Assembly (NCBI GenBank): GCA_004524535.1
Contig: SDNY01000045.1
Location: 1-27,885, forward strand
DNA: 27,885 bases
From: Promethearchaeota archaeon
GTDB taxonomy: Archaea; Asgardarchaeota; Lokiarchaeia; Sigyniarchaeales; SOKP01
Direction of reading: 5' to 3'
Part shown: positions 18,079 through 25,838 of the stretch, piece by piece
Position numbering within the stretch: position 1 is the stretch's first letter
Layout: every line of letters begins with the position of its first letter
The notes under the pieces: model-generated
What the model was told of the DNA's origin: nothing
Databases searched by the model: none
What the model saw: only the letters and a program-made list of their open reading frames with translations
Translations under genes and position numbers: made by a program

Positions 18079-20007
18079 TTAAATTAATTTATCGTTGATA
18101 CTATTTTCAGTTGCGATTAAAATCTCTTTAAGCATTTCCTGATAGGTAAGCCCTCCATATTTGGCCATTTTAGCGAGATGCCCATCCCAACACCATCCGG
18201 GATTAGGATTTACTTCTAGAAGTTTTGGATTTCCTTCACCATCAAGTCTCCAATCAAAACGAGCATAATCTTTGCATTCCAATCTTTCAAATAACTTTAA
18301 ACTGCAAGATTCTATTATTTCTCTAGTTTTATCAGGAAGTATAGCTGGAATTGACTTTATATTCCAATAAGGTGAGTCAGGTAACCATTTTGCTTCATAT
18401 CCACATATTTTGGGTAATTCTGGAGGTAGATCAGAATAATCATCTTCAGAAATAGGTAATATCCTATATTGATTTGGAGGATTTCCAATGATACCTACAG
18501 TTAGGTCTTTTCCTGTAAGGAACTGTTCAACTATTATGGATTGATCATAGCCAAACTTACCTCTAATTTCATTTATAGCATCAATTAATTCTTCACCATT
18601 ATAAACTACACATCTCTGTGTGATCCCAAAGCTAGAGTCCCCAAAATTAGGTTTAACTATTGCGGGAAAATATAAAGGTAAATCAAAAGCTTTATCACCT
18701 GGTCTAATAAAAATAGCTTCTGGTACAGGAATATCCATCTCTTTTGCAATACCTCTCACAAGCGATTTATCATAACAAAATGCGAGACATTGAGGGCCAG
18801 CACCAGTATAAGGAATATGGAGAATATCTAATAAAGCTGGCACATGTAATTCATTTCTGGCAGTATTATAATACCCTTCATCGCATAGATTAAGGACATA
18901 ATCAATATTTCCATTGATTTTTATTAAATCAGAGATTAATGAATCGTGATTTGTTAAATATATGAATTGATAGCCCTTAATACTTCTTAAAGCATCTTTT
19001 AGTTGATCAATTGTATAGAAATCATCATCATCAAAAATATGAGCAGGTTTCAATACATCTGGCTTATTAGGATCACCCATAATAACAACTACTTTCTTTT
19101 CGGCACTTTTAATTGTTTTTTTAATTGGTGTCCATTGTTTTTTCACAAGGGCACTTATAATAAGCCGTTTTTCCATCATACCTAGATCTTGGTTTCTTCG
19201 GGAATTTGGGGTCAGAGTTCCATGAAATAATACATCACTAAGACCTGCATTTACTAATAATTCTTGAATTTTCTTTTCTGAATAGAGCCTTTCAGCATAG
19301 AATTGATCTACTAAAACTCCATCATTAACATGGCTTATAACTTCTCGAGAAATAAGCCGCTGCTTATCTAGAGAAAGTGAGCGTTCTCTACATACATAAT
19401 GCTCTCTATCTATCCATTCCCAAGATCGCGGTTGATAATTATTTTTTAAGTATTCTCCATCAGTCAAGTCAATTAGGATATGCCCCCACGGTTTTAAAAC
19501 TCGAAATACCTCTTTTAATACTTTTAGATCATCTTGTATTGAGTCAAAATATCCAAAGCTATTCCCTAAAATCATTACAACATCAAAAGAATCAGGGGGA
19601 TAAGGAAGAATTCTAGCATCTCCCTCTCGAAATTTTACAGAGAGATTCTTATTTCTGGCAGTCTTTTTCGCCTCCTGAATAAGGAAACGAGATTTATCTA
19701 AACCTTCTACTCTATTAAAGCCTCTTTTTGCTAATTCTAAAGAATGTCTACCATGTCCACAACATAAATCTAAAATTTTCTTGTTGCTTTCGAGATTAAG
19801 GATTTTTGTGTATATATCAATTTCTCTTGATGTAATTTCCTCATCATTAACAACATCTCCATCGGTCTTTAAATAATAAGAATTAAAAAGATGATTCCAC
19901 CAATCTTTGCGAACATAATCTTCTAAATTTGACACAGGACCTAAGCATGGAAATAAATCATCAACATTTTTGTTTTTTATATTACTAATGTTTACATTTT
20001 TGGTCAT
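18079..20007 (-). CDS. Fusion: class I SAM methyltransferase + D-Ala-D-Ala-ligase-like ATP-grasp domain
   Basis: N-terminal ILDLCCGHGRHS, GDAR and GNSFGYF. C-terminal IPYTG...YDK, IVKP...SSFGI, VEQFLTGKDLTVG, YEAKW, YARFDWR and LLEVNPNPG. Confidence 0.93.
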   Translation of the reverse strand: MTKNVNISNIKNKNVDDLFPCLGPVSNLEDYVRKDWWNHLFNSYYLKTDGDVVNDEEITSREIDIYTKILNLESNKKILDLCCGHGRHSLELAKRGFNRVEGLDKSRFLIQEAKKTARNKNLSVKFREGDARILPYPPDSFDVVMILGNSFGYFDSIQDDLKVLKEVFRVLKPWGHILIDLTDGEYLKNNYQPRSWEWIDREHYVCRERSLSLDKQRLISREVISHVNDGVLVDQFYAERLYSEKKIQELLVNAGLSDVLFHGTLTPNSRRNQDLGMMEKRLIISALVKKQWTPIKKTIKSAEKKVVVIMGDPNKPDVLKPAHIFDDDDFYTIDQLKDALRSIKGYQFIYLTNHDSLISDLIKINGNIDYVLNLCDEGYYNTARNELHVPALLDILHIPYTGAGPQCLAFCYDKSLVRGIAKEMDIPVPEAIFIRPGDKAFDLPLYFPAIVKPNFGDSSFGITQRCVVYNGEELIDAINEIRGKFGYDQSIIVEQFLTGKDLTVGIIGNPPNQYRILPISEDDYSDLPPELPKICGYEAKWLPDSPYWNIKSIPAILPDKTREIIESCSLKLFERLECKDYARFDWRLDGEGNPKLLEVNPNPGWCWDGHLAKMAKYGGLTYQEMLKEILIATENSINDKLI

Positions 20008-20098
20008 TTATATTTAATTCCTTTTTTTTAGTCTTTAATTTGAATTTTTCTATAATTTTATAAAAAAAAATTTGATTTTTCACATTTATTCCGTTGAA

Positions 20099-20254
20099 TT
20101 AGTCATAATATCCATCATTTTCTTCATCCCAGTCTTCATCTTCGTCCCAATCATCATCCTCATCATCCTCATCGTCGTCCCAATCATCATCCACATCATC
20201 TTCCTCTTTTTTTCTTGTTTTGGGGGGTGTAAAAATATTTTTTTTTAGGGTCAT
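20099..20254 (-). CDS. Acidic microprotein B (51 aa): basic leader plus D/E-aromatic tail
   Basis: Below the track cut-off. Translates to MTLKKNIFTPPKTRKKEEDDVDDDWDDDEDDEDDDWDEDEDWDEENDGYYD. SD-like GAAGTGA and BRE/TATA upstream; lies 91 bp upstream of the MTase/ATP-grasp gene on the same strand. Confidence 0.8.
   Translation of the reverse strand: MTLKKNIFTPPKTRKKEEDDVDDDWDDDEDDEDDDWDEDEDWDEENDGYYD
20142..20192. repeat. 18-bp direct repeat (tcgtcccaatcatcatcc) at 20142-20159 and 20175-20192
   Basis: Read directly. The 33-nt period encodes the duplicated DDDWD unit of microprotein B. Confidence 0.85.
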
Positions 20255-20305
20255 ATTTTTCACTTCTTTTCATTAAATTATTAATTGTTGAAATAAATAT
20301 CATAA

Positions 20306-20337
20306 TATATAAATGTTTTCATTGAAAACTTTAAATA
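20306..20337. promoter_or_regulatory. Back-to-back divergent BRE/TATA promoters
   Basis: TATATAAA-T-GTTTTCA-T-TGAAAAC-TTTAAATA: minus strand GAAAACA-TTTATATA, plus strand GAAAAC-TTTAAATA. Confidence 0.65.
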
Positions 20338-20359
20338 CGATGATAAACTTTGCATCGTA
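20336..20359. promoter_or_regulatory. Inverted repeat TACGATG-N10-CATCGTA, candidate operator
   Basis: Perfect 7-bp arms immediately downstream of the plus-strand TATA box of an RHH-domain gene. Confidence 0.55.
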
Positions 20360-20419
20360 ATTTTCATTAATATATTTTTATTTTACAAATCATTTTTGAT
20401 TGAAATATTGACAGCGAAC

Positions 20420-20980
20420 ATGCCAAAGAATAAAAGTAATTTTTTAGGATTTAGATTAGGAGAAAATGATCTTAAGTGGTTAGATAATATTGCAAAAATT
20501 GAAAATAAATCGAGAGGTATTATCGCAAAACAAGCTGTTAAGAATTGGATACAACTTGAATCTTTCCGGAAAACCAATAATATGTTCGTAATTACAAAAT
20601 CAATGTTTTTAAAATTAGTATCAATTGAAGATGAAGATACTTTAAATAAGATAGCTAATGAAATAGCATCGTTAATCGCAGATATACTAAGATATAGTAT
20701 TACTAAACCAATGATTCCTAAAAACTTCGATAACTACTCAAAAAACATTTCAAATTTATTAGGTCCTTCAGGAATAAGTTGGTTTAATAGCATAGATTTA
20801 AATTTTAATGAAAAAAAAATTTTGGTAAAAGGTTTACATGACTTGGATGACAATTTTGCGTACTTTTTTACAAAAGTAATTTTAAATCTATTAGAAACCC
20901 AATTTAATCTTGAATTAAAAGAAGTAGTTAATGAATACTCCTCCAATATATTATATTTAGAATATCAGCTTGAGGTATAA
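20420..20980 (+). CDS. Ribbon-helix-helix (CopG-like) regulator with C-terminal V4R-like domain
   Basis: Start preferred at ATG 20420. FLGFRLGENDLKWLDNIAKIENKSRGIIAKQAVKNWI is a beta-strand/helix/helix RHH pattern. The C-terminal assignment is tentative. Confidence 0.65.
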   Translation: MPKNKSNFLGFRLGENDLKWLDNIAKIENKSRGIIAKQAVKNWIQLESFRKTNNMFVITKSMFLKLVSIEDEDTLNKIANEIASLIADILRYSITKPMIPKNFDNYSKNISNLLGPSGISWFNSIDLNFNEKKILVKGLHDLDDNFAYFFTKVILNLLETQFNLELKEVVNEYSSNILYLEYQLEV

Positions 20981-21047
20981 TTTTTCAATGTATTTTTAAA
21001 TCTTAAATCCTCTACACTCAAAATTAAAATTACTTGGTGATAATTAA

Positions 21048-21692
21048 TTGGGAGAATTAAAAAAAATTGAAGATTTAGCTAAAGATAATTTCAATATCGC
21101 GAAAGAAGAAAGAGAAGTAGCATTCGAGGCTAAAAGAGTTGGAAAATCTGAATTAGAACGAGCGAAAGCGAGATTATTTCTCATCAAAAAAGAATTAGAA
21201 TTAGTAGAAGCATGTGAAACATTTGTTGAAAAAGATACTAACTTACTAAGTAAAAAAAAAGAATGTAAAGACTCACTTAATATTCCAGAAGATTATTTAA
21301 ACGAAATGCATGAATTGTTGCAAATTAATAAAAAAAAAGCGAAAATCCAGAAAAGTATTACTGAAATCCAAAAAAAAATAGTTGTAACTGAATTTCAAAT
21401 TGCTGAAGAAAGATTAGAATTATCAATTAAAACCATGAATGTAGCTAATATAAGGAAAAAATTATCGAAAAAACAATTAATTTATGTGAAAAAAGTAAAA
21501 AGTAAAGCATCTAACGAAAAAATTAAAACAGCAGAAAAGCAATTTACTGAATTACAAGATGAATTAATAGACGCAAGAGAGAAAGTAGTCAAAACTGCGA
21601 ATAAAATAAAGAAGTTGAACGATAAATTAGCTGATTTGAAAATACAATTATCTGAAAAATTATCTGAATGGGAGAAAATAAGGTCTATTTAA
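21048..21692 (+). CDS. Hypothetical all-helical coiled-coil protein
   Basis: K/E-rich heptad pattern throughout. TTG start with GGTGA 7 nt upstream. Confidence 0.75.
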   Translation: MGELKKIEDLAKDNFNIAKEEREVAFEAKRVGKSELERAKARLFLIKKELELVEACETFVEKDTNLLSKKKECKDSLNIPEDYLNEMHELLQINKKKAKIQKSITEIQKKIVVTEFQIAEERLELSIKTMNVANIRKKLSKKQLIYVKKVKSKASNEKIKTAEKQFTELQDELIDAREKVVKTANKIKKLNDKLADLKIQLSEKLSEWEKIRSI

Positions 21693-21861
21693 ATTATAAA
21701 ATAAAATCTCTATATTCAAAATTTAATGCAAATAATCTAAAAAAAAAGATTAAATGATGTAAGATTGATAATAATCTATATATTATTATAATATAGATCT
21801 AATTCTTAAAAATTTAAATTCTGATAAATTAAATTTTTAAATAATTTCAAAAAAGAGTTCT

Positions 21862-23310
21862 ATGATTCTAATTAGTATAATAATAATCTTATCGTGCTTT
21901 ATTGGAGTAATAATTCTTATAGTCTTAGAAAAAATGAATAGAGCTATTGCTGCTCTTTTGGGTGCCATAATTACATATTTTGTTTTAATTTTTCTTGAAG
22001 GATATGATTTCTCAATAGTTGTTGCTCTTTTATTTGGAACCCCTGAAGATGGATATGTAAATTTACATTCACTTATTTTAATTATTGCGATGATGATTAT
22101 CGTCCTGATTTCGCATGAAGCAGGATTATTTCAATTTTTTGCGATTAAATTAATTAAATTATCAGGGGCAAAACCAGTTAGATTAATGATTATAATGTGT
22201 TTTATAACTTTCATAATTTCAGCAGTTTTAAATAATATTCTTACTGTAATCATTCTCATACCCCTAACTATAACTATTTCAAGGATGCTCAATACAAATC
22301 CTACGCCTTATATACTAACTCAAGCTATTTTAGTAAATATTGGAGGGACTTTTTTTTCCATTTCATCGATTCCAAACATTTTAATAACAACTTATGCAAA
22401 AATCTCATTTTTAGAATTCTTTTTAAATGTTGGATTAATTTCAATGATAATTTTCTTTTTTACTTTAATCTTTTTTCTATTTCTTTATAAAGGTGAATTA
22501 TATATACCAGAAGAGGGATCTAAAGTTTTAAAAGAATTTAATGTTTGGAATGTTGTTCAGAATAAAAAATTATTATATATGTCTATGATATCGCTGTTTA
22601 TTTTAATTATATTGTTAATTATAGTACCTTCTTCTTTTATTCCATCGAGTATAATCGCATTAAGCATAGCAATTGTCTTAATCATCATTAGTAGATTAGA
22701 ACCAAAAGAATTGATTTCAAAAATAGATTTCGAGCTGATTTTTTATCTTTTAGGTATTTTTATTATTGCTGGAGCGATAGAAATTACTGGGATTACTAGC
22801 TTATTAGGGAAAATTATAGCAAATTTGGGCAGGGATAGTTTTTTAATTCAATTAATTTTAATATTATGGATATCTGCTTTTTTAAGTAGCACGATCGATA
22901 ATATCCCGATTACAAAAGTATTAATTCCCGTTGTAGGGAGTATGTCTTCAAATGAGACTTCAGAAAATAAAAATCTAATGTTCTATAGTCTCGCAATAGG
23001 AGCAAATTGGGGAGATAATTTAACTCCCTTAGGAGATAATATATTAGTTGTTAATATTGCAGAACAAAATAAGCGTCCGATAAGTTTTAGACAATTTTTT
23101 AAATTAGGTTTCATCACCACAATTTTTCAGTTATCCATAATTACAGTAATTTTTATTTTAATATTTCAATTTGTTATTGGGATAATTATTTGTCTGACTA
23201 TTATATTAATAATTATTTTTATTTATTTAACCCAAAAATTTGGTCCAAGAAGTTTAAGATTAAAAATTAATAAATTCATTAATAAAATCAGATATAAAAT
23301 TATAAGGTGA
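21862..23310 (+). CDS. ArsB/NhaD/SLC13 family (P-protein/OCA2-like) permease
   Basis: ISAVLNNI, NIGG...IPNILI, SSTIDNIP and GANWGDNLTPLG motifs; many TM segments. Confidence 0.88.
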   Translation: MILISIIIILSCFIGVIILIVLEKMNRAIAALLGAIITYFVLIFLEGYDFSIVVALLFGTPEDGYVNLHSLILIIAMMIIVLISHEAGLFQFFAIKLIKLSGAKPVRLMIIMCFITFIISAVLNNILTVIILIPLTITISRMLNTNPTPYILTQAILVNIGGTFFSISSIPNILITTYAKISFLEFFLNVGLISMIIFFFTLIFFLFLYKGELYIPEEGSKVLKEFNVWNVVQNKKLLYMSMISLFILIILLIIVPSSFIPSSIIALSIAIVLIIISRLEPKELISKIDFELIFYLLGIFIIAGAIEITGITSLLGKIIANLGRDSFLIQLILILWISAFLSSTIDNIPITKVLIPVVGSMSSNETSENKNLMFYSLAIGANWGDNLTPLGDNILVVNIAEQNKRPISFRQFFKLGFITTIFQLSIITVIFILIFQFVIGIIICLTIILIIIFIYLTQKFGPRSLRLKINKFINKIRYKIIR

Positions 23311-23316
23311 TTAATA

Positions 23317-23961
23317 CTGGTTTGGAAAAATGTTAAGCGGATCAAAGCGGCATTACCAGAGGTTATTCATATAGCTATGTTCTATAATAATGGAACCATT
23401 TTCGATACCACATTTGAACAAAATATTAATATTCCAAAATTGGGGGAACACCTTGCGGAATTATTAAATCAAATGCGAAAAATATATGAAACTTGCAGCT
23501 ACTCATTAGAGAAATATTCAAAGCTTATTATTGAAACAGAAGATATTTCAGTAATTATCTTAAAATTAGGAGAAGATAGTAATATTGCTCTATTTTTCAA
23601 AAAAGAAAAAGAAGAGGGTTTAAAATTAAAATCAATAAAGCGGTATATAACAAAAATAGAAGAATTAATCGACGCAGATAAATTCGACTTACTAGTGCAA
23701 GAGATGGAAACCAAAGAGGGAATTCTAAAAAACCTTGAGAAAACTCTCATTACTAAACAAGATCAACTCAATATGTTAAAGAATAAATTTGAAACAATTG
23801 ATGAAACATTGAAACATGAAACAAAAGAAATTTCAAAAGATATAGAAGATCTTGAACATAGTTGCACTGAATTACAAATGGAGATTGAAATCAAAGAAAA
23901 GGAAGTAGGAGAAATAGCTGAAAAAATTGAAGGAGAGAGAAAAAAAGAATTAATTGAGTAA
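23317..23961 (+). CDS. Roadblock/LC7-like domain + C-terminal coiled coil; probable CTG start
   Basis: The frame is open upstream of ATG 23377: VWKNVKRIKAALPEVIHIAMFYNNGTIF...KLGEHLAELL...KLIIETEDISVIILKLGEDSNIALFF gives the alpha-beta-beta-alpha-beta-beta-beta-alpha roadblock order. AAGGTGA lies 6 nt before CTG 23317. Confidence 0.65.
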   Translation: MVWKNVKRIKAALPEVIHIAMFYNNGTIFDTTFEQNINIPKLGEHLAELLNQMRKIYETCSYSLEKYSKLIIETEDISVIILKLGEDSNIALFFKKEKEEGLKLKSIKRYITKIEELIDADKFDLLVQEMETKEGILKNLEKTLITKQDQLNMLKNKFETIDETLKHETKEISKDIEDLEHSCTELQMEIEIKEKEVGEIAEKIEGERKKELIE

Positions 23962-24300
23962 ATTTTAAGAATTAAATAATGAATCAAAAATTAAAAATCT
24001 TTTAAGAGAGGACGACAAAAATTCCTTCTATATCACCTCGAAATTTGTCGGAAAGAAAAGGGTATTCAAGAATGATCAAGAACAGCAATTTTCTTATCGA
24101 AAATGGGAAAAAATTCGATTTTCATTCAAAAAACAAAACTCTACCTCTTCCGACATTAAAAGAATTGGTATAGCCAAGATTATTGTCGGTTTTAAATTAA
24201 TGATTTTTAAATTTCAGTCAAAAAGAAAAAACTAAAAATACACTCAATTTAATTATTATTCATTGATAATATTAATCTTAAATAATAAGTCAAAAAAAAA

Positions 24301-24477
24301 ATGAAATTTAAAATATTTGCAGGTAAAGATTTTGGTAAAATAGAAGAAAGAATTAATACTTGGCTAGAAGAAAACCAGGATATAAAAATTATTCATGTCG
24401 GTCAATCAACTCAATTTTTGACTGAAAAATATCCGAGCCATACGATAATTTCAGTATTTTACGAAAAGGAGAGTTAA
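24301..24477 (+). CDS. Small protein (58 aa), Cse60/DUF2758-like
   Basis: Below the track cut-off. MKFKIFAGKDFGKIEERINTWLEENQDIKIIHVGQSTQFLTEKYPSHTIISVFYEKES shows the K.KIF...IE..IN.WL...I..V...I.VFY pattern. Confidence 0.65.
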   Translation: MKFKIFAGKDFGKIEERINTWLEENQDIKIIHVGQSTQFLTEKYPSHTIISVFYEKES

Positions 24478-24614
24478 AAGGCCATAGAAAGAGAGTGTTA
24501 TATTGAAATAAGAGTTATTATAATTTGATCCTCCAATTAAATGTTTTTCTATAGTAATAATAAAAATTAATTCTTTCCCATTAAAGGAAAAAGGTTATTT
24601 GAAATATAAAAGAA

Positions 24615-25631
24615 TCAAATTATTTGAAGAATCAACCATTTTAATGCGTTAATAATCTCATCATCATCTTTTAGAATATTTAATGAATAGAATTGAAGTT
24701 TAACTACTTTTTTTTGCTCCTCTGACAGTTTTAGATAATTATAAACTTCATTTTCTTCTAAAGATCTCTCTCCCTCAGAAATGTTTTCGATTATCAAGAT
24801 TGGAAAATTTATTGTTTTATCTGCAATATTAATAATAATTTTTTCAATATCCTCTTTTAATTTTTTTATATTGTCTTCCTTTCCATTTTTGAATAGATAT
24901 ATAAAAGCCTGTATAGTATCTAAATCAAGAGATGAATTTAAATCAATTCTTGGATATGGAATTTTAATGTTTTCAATTAAAACACTAAAAATACGTGTGG
25001 AGAGACTGAAATCTTTTTGTTTGTAAAATTGGATGGCTTCAATATTCTTTAGTAAAATTTGTTTACCAGCATTTTTTTGCCCTATAATGAAGATTTTTCT
25101 TTTGATTCTTGAATCCTTAGTAATAATATTAATCTCGGGGTCAAGAACTAGTTTATTAAAAAAATGATTGAAAATAGGAAAAAAGTCGACATTATGTTCT
25201 TTACACAATAGATTCAAATCTGTTTCATTAGGATCTTTTTTATGACTATGTAAAATTAAGTTAAAGTTTGGTAATTGCGTAAGCTGAGATTCAAAATCTT
25301 CAAGAATTTCTACTTTAGAATTTAAGTAATTATAAACATCTCCTAATTCATACTTGAAAAAAGAGGTCCGTAGGAGAAATGAGATCATCAATAATTCAGA
25401 TCCGCCCCTTGCCATCTTCGAGGAAATACGGAATATATGGTTAATAGATTGATATCTCCGAAATGAAAATAAAAAGGATCCTGAATGCTCACTAAATTCT
25501 AATATTCGAAAAAGATCTGGAAAATCCTTATCATCTGGTTTGGATGGTTGACAATATAAAAAATTGGGTCCGATTCTTTCATCAAAATATAATATACATA
25601 GATACTTTGCTTCTAACAAAGTTTGAACCAT
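24615..25631 (-). CDS. Longin/uDENN-like domain fused to degenerate small-GTPase-like domain
   Basis: N-terminal ILYFDERIGP...F.I.SKMARGG.ELLMISF; C-terminal RKIFIIGQKNAGKQ, QAFIYLF, PILIIEN and ALKWL. Confidence 0.65.
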   Translation of the reverse strand: MVQTLLEAKYLCILYFDERIGPNFLYCQPSKPDDKDFPDLFRILEFSEHSGSFLFSFRRYQSINHIFRISSKMARGGSELLMISFLLRTSFFKYELGDVYNYLNSKVEILEDFESQLTQLPNFNLILHSHKKDPNETDLNLLCKEHNVDFFPIFNHFFNKLVLDPEINIITKDSRIKRKIFIIGQKNAGKQILLKNIEAIQFYKQKDFSLSTRIFSVLIENIKIPYPRIDLNSSLDLDTIQAFIYLFKNGKEDNIKKLKEDIEKIIINIADKTINFPILIIENISEGERSLEENEVYNYLKLSEEQKKVVKLQFYSLNILKDDDEIINALKWLILQII

Positions 25632-25838
25632 CCAGTTTTTTTAATCCAAAAATTAAAAGAGATTCTCCTATTTATGATTTTCTAAAAGCATTTTATTATA
25701 TTAAATTCTATCAATTAAATTGTATAAACCAAAGACATTAATAAATGCCTCGTGTATCAAGCAAATAAAAAGGGATTAAAAGTCATTAATTAATCCTATT
25801 TACTTATTAAATTTTAGAGGAAAATAAGAAAATATAGA

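Noticed and set aside
18079-19100. Calling the ATP-grasp domain ddl (cell-wall D-Ala-D-Ala ligase)
   Set aside because: Lacks the D-Ala-binding N-terminal motif, is fused to a methyltransferase, and has no mur genes nearby.
20101-20200. TCA/TCG triplet-rich tracts here and at 10475-10580 as microsatellite or CRISPR-like repeats
   Set aside because: No repeat-spacer structure; explained by Asp/Glu codons on the minus strand.
23979-24240. Coding-like intergenic stretch with a 33-aa ORF (MIKNSNFLIENGKK...)
   Set aside because: No recognisable homology or SD; cannot support a gene or pseudogene call.
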